This document shows positions 1 through 14,725 of a stretch of 64,000 bases of DNA, piece by piece. Where the stretch lies: the NCBI GenBank assembly GCA_951406725.2, contig OX597817.1, forward strand, positions 89,466,001 through 89,530,000, given 5' to 3'. The position numbers were made by a program, and so were the translations under genes. This DNA is from Octopus vulgaris. Lineage: Eukaryota. The notes under the pieces were generated by a model, which saw only the letters and a list, made by a program, of their open reading frames with translations, had not been told where the DNA came from and did not search any database. Each line of letters starts with the position of its first letter. Positions within the stretch are counted from its first letter, which is position 1.

Positions 1-236
1 GTGTACATGTATATATGTATATCTATCTATCTATTTGTCTGTCTATCAGTTTGTCTGTCTGTCTGTTTGTTTGTCTGTCTATCTGCATGTCTATCTGTCT
101 GTCTGTCTGTTTGTCTGTCTCACCCTCTCTCTTTATCTATTTACCTATCTATCTAGCTAGCTAGCTAGCTGAGTATCCACCCATCAAGCCGTCCGTCCAT
201 CCATCCATCCATCCATCCATCCATCCATCCATCCAA

Positions 237-283
<47 letters not shown>

Positions 284-339
284 TGTCGGTCTGCTTGTGC
301 GTATGTGTGTGCATGTGTTCACTTACAAGTGTATTTATA

Positions 340-578
340 CAGCAGCCTCTTGACTATCGCGGGTGTTACGTTCCAAAACCTCCCGCAGAAATCATTAAAA
401 TCTAAAAAAAAACTATAAATACTTATAGGCCGCAGAAACATCGGATATATTGAGAAGTCCGATACATAAATTTACATATATTAGCCAGAAAAATTCGCAA
501 TGTTCTGAGTGAGCGATAGGGAAACCGCGATGTACTGAGTGCGCAATAGGTGAACCGCGATATGGCGAGGGATTGCTG
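340..578. mobile_element. Tigger/pogo-like MITE
   Basis: Imperfect terminal inverted repeats (TA|cagcagcctcttgactatcgcgg ... ccgcgatatggcgagggattgctg|TA), TA flanks, no coding capacity. Confidence 0.65.
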
Positions 579-779
579 TATATAACGACAGTCAGTCATA
601 AAGTAAAGTACCATTCCATACTTTTAAGTAGAATTTCATATCTACTTTATTTTTTACAAAAAAGGTTTGACATTTATTTCGAAATTTCGGTTTAGTAATC
701 TTCGATTGATTAAACAGATACTTCGAAGTCCCTATCAACCTTTTCCTTGCAAAATAAAAGAAATAATACATACACAACA

Positions 780-1330
780 CATACATATAGATGAGTGTGC
801 ATGTATGTATGTATGTATGTATGTATGTATGTATGTATGTATGTTTGTATGCATGCATGTATATATGTTTGTATGCATGCATGTATGTATGTATGTAAAA
901 ATGTATGTATGTATGTATGTAGGTATCACTACCACACATTCATATACACATACACACGTGTTGTATGTGTATGTATATATGTATTATGCATGTAGGTATG
1001 TATGTTTGTAGCTATGTAGGTAGGTATTGCTCCCATACACACAGAGACAGACGCACAAATATATGTGTGTGTATGTGTCTGCATGCATATGTGCGTGTAT
1101 TATGTATGTAAATATGTCTGTATGTATATGTCTGTGTGTGTATGTCTGTATGTGTGTATGTATGTATGCATGCATGCATACATACATGTATGCATGCTTA
1201 CATCTGTCTGCCTATATGTATGTGTGTTTATGTTTGTCTGTCTGTGTGTATGTATGTATGTATGTACGTATAAATGTATGTATATATGTGTGTATGTGTA
1301 TATATGTATATATGCATGTATATTTGTGTG
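780..1330. repeat. Degenerate (TATG)n/(TG)n microsatellite tract
   Basis: Direct reading; source of the MYVC/HTYI pseudo-ORFs. Confidence 0.95.
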
Positions 1331-1519
1331 TTTCTCGATAGCCAACTCCACCAACAACCTCTACGCGGCTCTGCATCATCTGTGCACTCTGTCGTATCCA
1401 TAGGAACTGAATATGCGTAGCGTCTAACACAATTTATTTCCACCATCACCATGGTTACTGTCTTCCATCGTTGTTGGTTTACTCTACAGCCTGTTGAGAG
1501 CAGCGTCTGGAAAAGCCAG

Positions 1520-1523
1520 CAGC

Positions 1524-1592
<69 letters not shown>

Positions 1593-1884
1593 GGTGGTGG
1601 TGGTGGTGGTGGTGGTGGTGGTGGTGGCGGTGGTGGTGATGGTGGTGTTGGTGGTGATGTTGTTGGTGGCGGCGGCGGCGGCGGTGGTCGTGGTCGTGGT
1701 GATGCTGGTGGCGGCGGTAGTTGTTGTGGTGGTGGTGGTGGCGGTAGTAGTAGTAGTGGTAATGGTAGTAGCAGTAGTAGTGATGCTGGGAGGGCTATTG
1801 TTACTGATATCATCTCTACTACACTTTATCATGGACACCATCACTGGTAACATCATCATCATCATCATCATCCTCATCATCATC

Positions 1885-1916
<32 letters not shown>

Positions 1917-2480
1917 CATCATCACAATCATCATCAGCATTATCACCATCATCATCACCATCATCACCATCATCACCATCAACATCGTTGTCGTAATCAT
2001 CATACTAAACCATCATCATCATCCTCGCCATAATGTACATCATCATCATTGTCATCAACTTCGTCATCATCCGCGTCATCATCTTCATCATATTCGTCGT
2101 CGACGTTGCCATAATCATTGTCATTGTCGTCAATGCCATCATCGTTTTCGTCATCGTCTTTGTCATCATCAGCATGGCTACTACCGACCCCACCACTACC
2201 CATCATTGCCACCACCACCATACCTTCCAGTACCACTATCAGTAGCTATATCACCACCGCCACTACCATCTCATCCAATACCACTATCACTAACCATATC
2301 ACCCTAGCCACCACCATCGCACCCTACCGTACCCCCATAAACACAACACTCCACCACCACCGCCATAGCGCCGCCACCGCCACCACCACCATCATCTCTA
2401 CCGCCACCGCCTCCACCACCATCGCCTTCACGACCACCACCTCCACCATTACCATTACCTCAACCAACACAACTGCCATT
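1520..2480. repeat. Compound trinucleotide tract (AGT)n-(GGT)n-(CAT)n-(CAC)n
   Basis: Direct reading; produces homopolymeric ORFs in all frames. Confidence 0.95.
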
Positions 2481-2787
2481 AAGCACGACCTACAACTCCC
2501 GCCCTCACTGTTGCAACCCACATTAGCTCCACTACGTTATAATGCACACACCACACGGTTACAGTTGTTCCAATAGTTCCTCCTTTTACCGGAACCCTAA
2601 TTGACATCAGAAGAAACTACCTCAGGAGGAGGTAGACTAGAGTGGAATAGAGGGCGCCACAATTTCTAGCCCCTTCACTCCACATGCACGCACACGTGTA
2701 CATAGATTCACTCACAGACACATATATCCCTCTCTATATACATGCTTGTAAAATCTTTTTATACATACACATATACACCCAACCACT

Positions 2788-2877
<90 letters not shown>

Positions 2878-2927
2878 TTGTATATATAATATATAGATAT
2901 ATACATATACACACACATATATACCTG

Positions 2928-2958
<31 letters not shown>

Positions 2959-2964
2959 GAATAT

Positions 2965-3336
2965 ATGTATTGTTATATTTGGGGATGGTTTATGTGTGGG
3001 AATAGCATACATATTCCCCCACACACTTACCAAACATAGACACATACAGGGATAAACGCATGCGCAATTAAAGTCACATACAATAGGAACACAAAATGAC
3101 AGACCGTTTGGAAGGAGAGACACAAAAAAGAAAGAAAGCAAAGGACAACTGATGAGGCCACAGAAGTGTTACGAAAGAACTTTTGCCGAAATACAATTAA
3201 TATGAAATAAAGCTGAAGCAATGAACACCAAATATATAGTGCGTGTGTTTTCATTGGCTATATTGGCAACATGACCCTCCCCATATACAACAACTGTTTC
3301 AACACAAGAGTTCACATCAGGAATCTTGCAAAACGA

Positions 3337-3338
<2 letters not shown>
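2965..3338 (+). mobile_element. Non-autonomous Penelope-like terminal element with decayed HHR-like core (3149-3191)
   Basis: CTGATGA-GGC...GCC-GAAA with internal hairpin; imperfect inverted ends (ttgttatatttggggatggt / accctccccatatacaacaa); terminal segment resembles 59325-59400; flanked by (TA)n; stems I/III not convincing. Confidence 0.45.
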
Positions 3339-3402
<64 letters not shown>

Positions 3403-3419
3403 AGACAGATAAATAGACG

Positions 3420-3471
<52 letters not shown>

Positions 3472-4086
3472 TTGCGCATAAATGAGCTAAGAGAAATAAC
3501 CAAATATCATACAACATAAATTCTTGTTTATTGAATTTAATCTCCCTTCAAGAGGATGTGCTACAATTACTAAATGACAATTGACACCAGTGCCATATGA
3601 GAGGTGTCGATCATTGTTGATTCATGAGCTTATCTCTTCTGTAAAATCGATATACTATCTTCTCCGAAGTTGACATGCCATTAAGATAAAGGACACGTGT
3701 TTCTGCTTCAAGTGTCGACATCAGCACGACAATTCTTACGTATCTCTTACAGGCCAAATGACATAGACATATACACGAAGCGAAAAGCACATTGATTGCC
3801 TAAGGTACTTTGCATGTATTGAACATAAGTGAACTAAGAGAAAAAAGCGAAACTAAAAACTCAGAATAAGCAACACAGACTAAATACAGGTACATCAAAT
3901 ATTATGCAACAGAAATTCTTGATTGGTTAATACCATTTGTTAATAGTAACGCAACATATAAAGATAGAGTTAATTTTAATAAATCAAGACTTTATACTGC
4001 ATGGTAATTGATACATCTGTACTTCTCTCTCTCTCTCTCTCCCTCGCTCTCTCTCTCTCTCCATATATATATATATATATATATAT

Positions 4087-4570
4087 TAAGGTATGTAGAA
4101 AAATACAACATGGACAAGAACGTATAACTCTTAGAAGACGACACAATAAACACGGACAGGACATTCGAAACCCTCAGTCTTCAGTCAAGAACCGGATCAT
4201 CGTAGTAATTTCGGCTGATTAATCTTGAGATTACTAGATCACGGCCAGCCCTCCAAGAAAAACCAAGCAACGAGCATTAGAAAAACTAAGCTGGAAGCGT
4301 AGATTTCCTGGAAGAAGGATCGAATGCATACGAACACCAGGACAGCAAAAGGGACAGATATAAAAAAACAAAAAACAATAATGGAATACAGAAACATGAA
4401 ATACAGAAGCATTAACGGTGAAAACAACAGTGTCTTACGACTGATAACAAGCAAACAAATTTTTTCTCTGGCGCAATGGAAAAAGCCTTTATAGTGGCGG
4501 ACGAAAACAGCGATGTTAACACGACGAGGGTCAGAAGCTGAAAGGCAGATTTCGGCCAACAGTCACGTGA
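4087..4570 (-). repeat. Unclassified interspersed repeat, related to 19487-19787 (+)
   Basis: Shared segment (gtcc..gtttcgtat.cattcg..ctt.ttcc..gaaatcta) in the two loci; abuts (TA)n. Confidence 0.45.
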
Positions 4571-5610
4571 CAGAGAAGAGGGAAAAGAAAAGAAAGAGAA
4601 GCAAAGGAAGAGAGAGAGAGAGGAGGGACAAACGCAACAAAGAGAGAGAAGAGAGAGAAAGAAGGAATCAGAGAGGAGAAGGGATGGGTGTCGAAGAATG
4701 ACCTGTGAGTGCAGAGCGAGACAAAGAAATAGGAGGGTAGTGGAAGACTAGACCAAAGAATCAGAGGAAAGAGAAGAGAAAAAGAGGATGAGTAGAGAGA
4801 AAAGAGAGAGAGGGGGACAGATCAAGTAAAAATGAGAGAGAGAGAGACAAACAGAGAGTCGTACCAATTATTAAGAATATGTGCTCACATAAATGTTAAG
4901 GGGGGTACGATATATATGGTCTCCTCGCATCATTCCCCTTCTTCTCTCCCTTCCTCTTGCTCCTCCTCCCCCCTTCCCGTCGTCCACCCGCGACGATACT
5001 TCCGCCCTGACTGCTAACTGTCTTTCTCGCCTGGCCTTCGAGGCAACTGGACGACTTTTCCTGCTCTCTCGTCGTTCACAAAAAATTCTGCGTTTGCAAT
5101 ACTTTTTTCGTTCGGCGTCAATAGCCCTTCTTATCTTGTTTTCCCTGTCCTGTCTTTTACTGTTATATATATTTTTTTACTGTTTATATATTTTTTTACT
5201 GTTTTTTTACTGTTTATATTTTTGTACTGTCGTTACTGTCCTGTTTTTTTACCATTTTTTAACCATTTTTACCCCTCTGCGAAAAGATCTCAGAATTTTA
5301 ATTGATTTGCTTTTCGCAGGAAGGAAAGTTTCTTGTCGAAGATACGTCTCGCTTTTATCCTTCGAAACGTAGAGTAGATGAAACCTTAGCGACTGAAGAA
5401 GGGGTTTTTTCGTTGTGTTAATTGTCCTGTACTCCATTTTTTGTTGTTTTTAAAAAAATGTCCTGTTCCTTTGGTTTGTGTCTATGTTTTCGTTTCTCTT
5501 TGTGTTCGACGTCCCTTTGGTGTCCTGTACTCATATATGCGTGTATATGTACATGTAGAGGTGGTACGTACATATATGTTTATATATATGCATATGTTTT
5601 ATTTCATTTA

Positions 5611-5656
<46 letters not shown>

Positions 5657-5662
5657 CACACA

Positions 5663-5870
5663 CGAAAGAATTTCCTGGTTTGGGGTAAAAGAAAATACAG
5701 GAGAATCAGTAATTGTGATTTTATTCAACATATTCCTCTCTCAGATTTCTACACTCATTGCAGCGGTCCTTCAGTTTTTCTAAGCCCTGTAAATGAACTC
5801 GTAAGGTTGGGCATCTAAGCAGGCTTTTTTGTGAATCCCTTAAAGCGAGGAACCTTTCAGCACTCCCTCG
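5663..5870 (-). mobile_element. Mariner-type MITE copy
   Basis: TIR TA|cgagggagtgctgaaaggttcc; body matches 29629-29844 and 39494-39648. Confidence 0.65.
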
Positions 5871-5888
5871 TACATACACATATATGAA

Positions 5889-5939
<51 letters not shown>

Positions 5940-6379
5940 AGGAGAGAGTGAGATTCACATACACACATGTATGTGTATGTGTGTGTATATATATACGTAC
6001 ATACAAACACACACATACATACATACATACATACATACATACAAACATACATGCATACATATCTACACACACATACATATGTATATTTAATAAATGAAAA
6101 AATGTATAAACAACGTACGTAACGTATACTGAATGTAAAAGTGAAAGGGAGACAAACAGAAGATCCGTAATTCTTCATCAGTTATTGGTAATATTCAGTT
6201 TCACACATTTAATGATAAGACTGAATGCTTCCTAATTGGCGGTGCCCGCAAAAAAAATTTTTTTCTTGCGGAGAATTAGGGACAAGAGCAAACAAAACAA
6301 AGTAAAACAAAACAAGCATGTATGTATGTATGTATGTATGTATGTATGTATGTATGTATGTATGTATGTATGTATGTGA

Positions 6380-7145
6380 TGGATTGGATCTGTAATTTTC
6401 GAATTAGTTTTCTCCTTTCTGGTTTTCAGAAGTCTAGTTTTCTCAGGATTGGTATTTAGGCAGTGTGTTACATATCCAAGTGCACCAATAATTACAGGTA
6501 TAATCTGAACTTGTAATCTGGATAGGGTAACCGCAGATTCCTCAATAGCTGATCTTCAGCTTTATGCTAACAGCCGCTGGACAGTTACACCAGTCCTCCT
6601 TTTTATGTGTGTCAATGGCTTCTACCATACTGTGGGTTTTTATATCTTTGTCCTTGAGGTCATCCTTCCGACAGATTTCGTTATAAAGTATGCTAGTTAC
6701 AACATCATGTCTCATCGGTAGATAATAGCGTGATGACATTTTCGGACAACTGCTTATGATGTGGGTGATATCTTCGGTGTTAAATCCATAAAGTCTGCAT
6801 CGGCTGTCACATTTTACTACTTTTCCGGCATCCTTATCCCTTTTGTGTATCAGTTACTTGGTTAATATTTCCTGTTCCTGGATTGCAAACGCATACTCTT
6901 CAAAGCGCGAGGTAGTAATCCGACTTTTGGTCATGATAAACTGCTTTGATGATCGATGTTACTATCATCACGGAGCTTTCTGCTAACATATCCATGCATA
7001 ATCTTCTGCTCATAGAGGCTTATTCTTTGATCTGATGATACGTTGCGGTAGAGTCGTGCGACTTCTTTGGGCATGTATTCTAGTTTATCAGATAAAGAAT
7101 GTTGCTCAAGGAGCTGCCTTACAAGTCTTACGGTGTTATCAGCCT
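6380..7145 (-). mobile_element. R4/Dong-like (RLE) non-LTR retrotransposon 3' fragment, decayed
   Basis: Minus-strand translation shows CRL/…CP zinc-knuckle, YYLPMRHDVV and PVIIGALGYVT motifs typical of RLE C-terminus. Confidence 0.75.
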
Positions 7146-7351
7146 TATGTATGTATGTATGTATGTATGTATGTATGTATGTATGTATGTATGTATGTAT
7201 GTGTATGTATGTATGTATGTGTGTGTATGTATGTATGTATGTATGTGTGTGTATGTATGTGTGCGTATGCGTGTGTGCATGTGTGCAGATTTCTATGCGT
7301 TATGTATGTATCCTCATGCATATAGTGGCATGTCTAGACATGCTCATATAT

Positions 7352-7700
7352 ACTTAAATGATAAACTTCTGGAAAGTTTTCCAAATTTTTATTGTTTCAA
7401 TGATGTCTTGGATCTGTAGCCTTCGAATCAGCTTTCCCCTTTCTGGTTTTAAGAATCCTAATTTTTCAAGACTGGCATTTAGGCAGTGTGTTACATATCC
7501 CAGTACCCCCATAATTACAGGTATAAACCTGGATTCGTATTCTCGATGGAGCAGCTGTAGATTCCTCAATAGTTCAGCGTAGGTATTTTCTTTTTCGCTA
7601 ATCTTTAGCTTTATGTTAACATCTGCTGGGCAGCTGATTTACACAACTGTACATAGTTTCTCTTCTCTATCCAAAATTATCATGTCAGGTCTATTATGTT
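7352..7700 (-). mobile_element. Second R4/Dong-like RLE 3' fragment
   Basis: RPDMII…CPADVN…RFIPVIMGVLGYVT…IWKTFQKF; paralogous to 6380-6600. Confidence 0.75.
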
Positions 7701-7863
7701 TAAATATCTCACTCGAATATCAACATTAAAGCGTTACATAGAAAAGTCTTATACATTTTTACTGTTCCACTTAAAGGCTGGATTTATATGGTACATGTTC
7801 CTGATGTCCGATTTTAAAAATAAGCCTATGTTCTTGAAAAACTGAACTTATACAAATGTTTAA

Positions 7864-8665
7864 TTATTCAAAATATGATCCCTGAGCAGCTATGCATTTC
7901 TCCCATCGATTAACAAGTTGATTTATGCCTCTTCGATAAAAATCCAATGGTTTTGATGCCAAGAAATCCTTGAATTCAGTTTCGACCTCGGTTTTAAAAA
8001 AATGTCTAGATGCTTGAAAAAGCGGTAGTCGGTGGGTGAAAGACAAGGAGAATATGGAAGTTGTGGTAAAGTCTCGTATCCCAAGTCTGTGAGTTTCTGC
8101 AGTGTCATCTTGGAAACGTGCAGTCGATCATTGTCGTGGAGCAGAATTGGATCAGGTCGGTTAACGAGTGCAGGTCTCATTATGCTCCAGTAAACATGCA
8201 TTTCTTTCAGTTGCTCACAATAAACTTTCGATGAAATGTTCCGGTTAGGTTCCAGAAAGCTGTATAGCTTCCAAATTCTTATCATCAAGGGTAGATGGAC
8301 GTCCTCTACCTTCTCAATCTTCAAGGCTCTCATCCCCACTACAGAATCTCTCAAACCACCGTCGTACCGTCTAGTCACTAGTGGATCCTTCATCACATGC
8401 TCTGTGATATTGGTGGCTGTTTGAGAAGCATTATGTCCAAGCTTTCATGCAAAAAAGTAAACGCATTTTTTTTCCTTCAGGAACTTAAGGATTTCTACGC
8501 TTCAAAATTACATTCTAAAAGAAATCAATAAAAATTTATTAAAGAGTACACATCAGTTATTAAGCACGTAAAATTTCGTCTGAAACACCTCATAAATAAC
8601 ATCTTAAATCGAATTTTAAAAAATGATTTTGAAAAATTGGACAGTATTTTCCGAACAACCCAATA
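7864..8665 (-). mobile_element. Mariner (DD34D) transposase relic
   Basis: ILLHDNDRLH, LPYSPCLSPTDY, FYRRGINQLVNRWEKCIAAQGSYFE; frameshifted; probable TIR tattgggttgttcggaaa near 8648-8665. Confidence 0.9.
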
Positions 8666-9068
8666 ATAATACATATGACTATAAATATAATTTCTATGTA
8701 ACGTAACCAAGCCTACAAACAAATATGCCTATAAATATAGTTTCGTACTATCACTAAAGAATAAGCATTTTAACCAATTTACTATAAGTGATACCTTTCT
8801 CACTAAATATGAGAAAAACGTTCACAAATGATGCAAAAAATTGAATGAAATGTTCAACATTAGCAGGGTATTTGTTGTAAAGGCATAGTGGATCAACACG
8901 ACAGGATTGTATATGTATGTCCTATGTTTTTCATTTAAAGTAGTACCATTTTGGAAAAGTACGAATACTGCTTTATTATTATTGCTTTCATTAGTTTTGG
9001 GCCGCAGGCCCAATTAGCTCTCCGCAGGAGGTAGCCTAAAAGTCCGCACGGAGTACGGCTTTTGAGCT

Positions 9069-9105
<37 letters not shown>

Positions 9106-9111
<6 letters not shown>

Positions 9112-9813
9112 TAATGCAATACGAGAGTATTGCTTTCCATTAAAGGATAGCCCTTGAGGGTAAAATTATACATAAAAGTAAATAAATGGCACAACGAAGT
9201 ACCGATATTTACTGGAAAATAGCGAACGTAATAAATACGACGCTAATGTACAGCTGCACTGCGTATGTACTAGCAAAAATGCGTGTGTGCAAACAAGCAT
9301 GAAAAAAATTGTCTTACCTCTAGGGAGAACATCTGAAAAATGAAATACCTAGAAAGGGATAATGTGGTACCGGTTTCAGATTCTTCAAAATATGTCTGCC
9401 CACATATATTTGATTTATCTTCATTAGCCACATATACCTCGACAATATTTCAAATGTTGCCACATTCATGCCAATACACTCGACTGAACGCCAAAACGTT
9501 GACAGAACGAGAACAGTGAAGAAGTTTCAATGAAAATAGTAATGCAATACGAGAGTATTGCTTTCCATTAAAGGATAGCCCATGAGGGTAAAATTATACA
9601 TAAAAGTAAATAAATGGCACAACGAAGTACCGATATTTACTGGAAAATAGCGAACGTAATAAATACGACGCTAATGTATAGCTTCACTGCGTATGTTGCA
9701 CACACGCATTTTTGCTAGTACATACGCAGTGAAGCTATACATTAGCGTCGTATTTATTACGTTCGCTATTTTCCAGTAAATATCGGTACTTCGTTGTGCA
9801 TTTATTTTACTTT

Positions 9814-9817
<4 letters not shown>
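9106..9817 (-). mobile_element. HHR-bearing non-autonomous element: 428-bp unit + partial tandem copy + inverted tail
   Basis: 9106-9275 repeated at 9534-9695, then inverted at ~9697-9817; (TA)n on both sides. Confidence 0.8.
9362..9433 (-). ncRNA. Type I hammerhead ribozyme (G5A-mutated core, long stem II)
   Basis: Minus strand: ATGTGG-CTAATGA-AGAT[hairpin]ATCT-GAAA-CCGG-TA-CCACAT; perfect 6-bp stem I, palindromic stem III. Confidence 0.75.
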
Positions 9818-9860
<43 letters not shown>

Positions 9861-10517
9861 GCACACACAGACTGAAAGTGGTCTATAAAATGGGTTTCTT
9901 CCAGTTTCCGTCTAGTAAATTTACCCACACTGAGGCTAGTGGAGGACACTTGCCCCAGTGGGCCTGAACCATGTCGTTCGGAAACTTCTTAACATACACT
10001 CACGAAATACAGAGAAAGACTTCGAAGTTACTATTACCATTCACTTTGTAATGGTTTAATAGACATATGCACCACTAAAAGTAATAATAAGTTAATGTCA
10101 GATTATTTTATATATAACCCGATCTAAAAACAAACATTAACACACACACGCGCGCACACATATCTAATTATCTATCTATTTGTCTGTTTGTATATGTGTG
10201 TGTGTATGGTAGGTGTATATGCATGTATTGTATATACACACGCAAACACACACTTACACACACATATATACCCAAATATACATACTACATATATGCATAT
10301 CAAACGATGAAAACAAAAAAATGTTCCACAAGCGCGTGCGCACATGAATACGCACACTCACTCACACACACATACACATACACATTCATGTAATATGTGC
10401 ATATATGTATATGTGTATATGCGTGTATTTGTGTGTGCAAGTGTGCATAAGTGTGTATGAACGCTTGTGTGTGTTTTGCCGCAACGCATTTACAATTCTG
10501 ATTTTACAACCCTTAGC

Positions 10518-10548
<31 letters not shown>

Positions 10549-10558
10549 AATACATATA

Positions 10559-10607
<49 letters not shown>

Positions 10608-11160
10608 TCTCCCCCACTCGCTACACAACTCCCTCTCTCTTTCCCCATTTCACCAACAAACTTTTACTAATTACCCTCTCTCATCTCAGTCTTACTCTTT
10701 CTATCCACCTCTCTCTCTCGCTCTCTCTCTCTGTCTCTCTCCCCCTTTCTCTCTGCAATCCGTATTTAACATCTATTAAATGAGACAATGGAGAACATCC
10801 TTAAGAAATGTATGTAAATACTTAAACAAATTGTAATAATTGAATTAAATATAATTGACTTTTAGTTGAATCTAATTATACGGACTATTCCAGTTTGAAG
10901 TTGACAATACTTGAAATGTTGTTGTTATGTTTATTATTATATATTTGTTGTTGATATATTAACGAAGATTACATCAAAAGTAAACAGCAATATACACATG
11001 TCTCGAGTGCGTGTGGGTACGCACACATGGATACAAGCATTTACATATATATATATATATATATACTCACATACATGCATATACACTCACACATATACAT
11101 ATATATACATATATATATATATATATACATACACACATACATGCATATATACTCACACAT

Positions 11161-11292
<132 letters not shown>

Positions 11293-11605
11293 GCAGATAA
11301 ATTTATATATATATATATATACATATTCATATGCATACATATATACATATACATATATACATATACATACATATATACATACATGAAGATTTGCATGACA
11401 TTCCCAAAATTAACCATCTGAGATTATGTGAACAGATGCACACACTTGGCTGTATGTATCGACAGCTCACTCAATACCGAAGCTTGTCTATATATTTACA
11501 AACCCCGGGAACTCTCTTAACTTAAAAAGTTTTATCGCTTTGTTAGTGATCAGCTTGAACTCTCATAAGAAGAATTTAAAATAAAACTCAAGAGAAAATT
11601 ATGCA

Positions 11606-11714
<109 letters not shown>

Positions 11715-11859
11715 TACATAGAGACACATATATGTTCAAATATTTATGCGCGTGAGTGTATTGTGTTGATTATATATGTACTGTAGATGTATTAATGGAG
11801 ATTACATCAGCGTAAACTACATACACACATCGTCTTAAAGTTTATATATATGTTGTATG

Positions 11860-11899
<40 letters not shown>

Positions 11900-11946
11900 G
11901 AGTGTTTGAGTATGCGTGTGCGTGTGTACCTGTGTATCTGTATGTC

Positions 11947-11977
<31 letters not shown>

Positions 11978-12115
11978 CAGTGTATGTCTCTGTGTGTATG
12001 CATGTTGTTTATTGCAGTTACGTTCTAATGCATCACAATGATCATCAAAGAAACCCACGCTCACACATACCGTCTTACACACACACATATACACATATAA
12101 ATATACGTCAACACT

Positions 12116-12155
<40 letters not shown>

Positions 12156-12160
12156 GCATC

Positions 12161-12192
<32 letters not shown>

Positions 12193-14222
12193 CATCATTA
12201 TCATCATCATCATCATTACCACCACCACCATTCGCTTACCATGTTGGCAAGGTTTGGACGAGTTGTCACGCGTTTAGTCAGTTCCTATTTAGTTGCTACG
12301 CACCTGTATGGATCGGAGGACAATAAGTATCTTGTGTGTTCCAGTTTTGGAATAGTTTCTGCAAATGGATCCCATTTTTAATGCTATATCAACGTTACAG
12401 TGTGCACTGAATACATTTTTACGTGGTACTAATATAAGAGACATTGGCAGTTTCTTAACAGCCCTCACTATTTAATGTTGTCACCGTCTATTCGCCAACC
12501 ATTCTAAAGAGGGTACTTCGTGCATTGTTTTAACGTGGCACTCTCTTCAAAACTAAACAGACCTCACTGCGTTGTTTCCAATCTTTCGAAGCAAGTATGG
12601 TTGAGAGTGTGAATAGGAGAGAATAACGAGAGTGAAGGTAGAGAGAGGGAGAGAGAGAGAGAGAGAGGGTGAGAGAGAGTAAGTGCAATATGATTGTATG
12701 TTAGGGGAAGAAGAGACAATGTGGCAGATACATGACGGTTATTGGTAAAGAGATTGAATAGAAAATAGTGTGGTCTGCGTATATGTATAGCAGCAAGGAC
12801 GGATCGTAGTAACAGACTGAGTGAGGGATGGAAATAGAAATAATCTGTGGTAAGAACAGCAGAGGTCAATAAAACGTGGCATAACTACTGGCAGAGAAGG
12901 ATGACGGCAGGGACTGCTGGATGTGGATATATCCGATATTAACCCTTGTTACATGAGTACTGTGAGGAAAGAACGGTAGAATGATAAAGGGATGATGACG
13001 GAGAAGAGAAAGATTAATAATGTGTGTTGGTGGTGAGGACTGTATGTAAACAGATTAAACGCTATCCCTTGATAGAGAAATGGCAGGCTACAATAGAGAG
13101 TGGGTGACAGATGAGAGGGCAACAAAGAAGGTAGTAGTTAGAAATTTAGAAAGAATTTAAGGGGCGGGAGATAGAGCTGAGACACATCCCAATCGCCATT
13201 GTCTCCACCATTATTTTAACAACTGTTACACCATGCTTCCGCCAGTAAGAGTCTTTCCCACCACAAACGCCACCGCCACCACCACCACCACCACCACCAC
13301 CACCACCACCACCACCACCACCACCACCACCACCACCAAGTTCCAACAATTTCAAGCACTCGGCACCTCTTTAAACAGCTGCTAGCCTCCATAAGTACCA
13401 CAAGACAACACCAACGAAGTTTTCTTTCTTGTACGCAGCATGTAATTCCCCTTATATCTCTCTTCTTTCTCATCTAATTTGTGCCCTATTGTCCATGGAC
13501 TCTAACTTTCATAATCCTGTAGACCATGCTCGTCTCGTTTCTTTATATGCAGCTATCGCAATACCACTGCCGTATTAAAGGCTCCCATTTCACTACCGTG
13601 CGAACATCACACTTTCATACAAACGTCATACAATCTGCCAATGTTGGAGAAGTTAATTCTTTCAGCGTATTTTTCCCTCTATAGTCTCATAATCTAATAG
13701 TCTCAGCCTCAAAATAATTCATTATTTATAAGAATAATATACTATAATCATTACTCTTTCAGTTTGTTTTGTCTTGAGGCAGTTTTCTCTGGCTGGATAT
13801 AAAAGTTTTCCGTACAGTTGTCCGTTCCGAAAAGTTGTGTACTCAACCTCATGTTAATACTAGTGAAAAAGGGATTCTGTCATTTTACTTCGCCTGATAA
13901 AATGCACAGTCCTCGAAACTGATCGATGTTTAGATGTAGGCTTGCTGTGAGAGAAGACCACGCTTTCTCTTGATACTGTGTACCAGTATTGAACTCTAAT
14001 CATTTATTACTTATCAGAGTACTTGTGACATAGTGCCGAAATAATTCACACTCTTTAAGAAAAGTACTTCACTAATACAAATTGCAATGAATTGTGCGTA
14101 GAGTACGGATGTGCTCTTATACCCGAATATATGTAGGTGTGTGTGAACATGTAAATATAAATATTTCTTTATATATGTCAGTCTAAAGATTGTGACTATG
14201 CTGGATCACAGCTTATATATAT

Positions 14223-14410
14223 GAAGGGTTCAATGTACAAAAACAAAAGACAAAGACAGGTGAGGCAACAGCAAATGCAGTGTATGATTTCAACGCCCCA
14301 AAAATGGTAAAGTCTTCGATGTTTCGCGCCTACGTTCTTTGACAGAAAGGAATGAAGACAGACAACGGAGAGAGGAAAAATGTATCTGGATTAACGGTTT
14401 CACGTTCCGA
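14223..14410 (-). repeat. Short HHR-like repeat family copy (decayed)
   Basis: Homologous to 38885-39080 and 59715-59895; cttt-CTGTCAA-A-GAAC GTAG GCGC-GAAA-CATC-GAAG. Confidence 0.6.
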
Positions 14411-14422
14411 AATTATCTATCC

Positions 14423-14590
<168 letters not shown>

Positions 14591-14592
14591 TA

Positions 14593-14644
14593 TCACGTGA
14601 TCACGTGACCGACCAGACCATCAGATATTGCAACACATCGCTGG

Positions 14645-14725
<81 letters not shown>

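Noticed and set aside
592-2576. Long ORFs up to 241 aa (poly-V/I/H, poly-T, MYVC repeats)
   Set aside because: Pure translations of tri- and tetranucleotide microsatellites; no domain or splice evidence
5325-5405. cttcGAAACGTA and CTGAAGA motifs in an unclassified repeat (4860-5532)
   Set aside because: Motifs are in the wrong order and I could not close stem I; not called as HHR
6100-6190. CTGATGA on minus strand with a following hairpin
   Set aside because: No GAAA after the putative stem II and no stem I pairing
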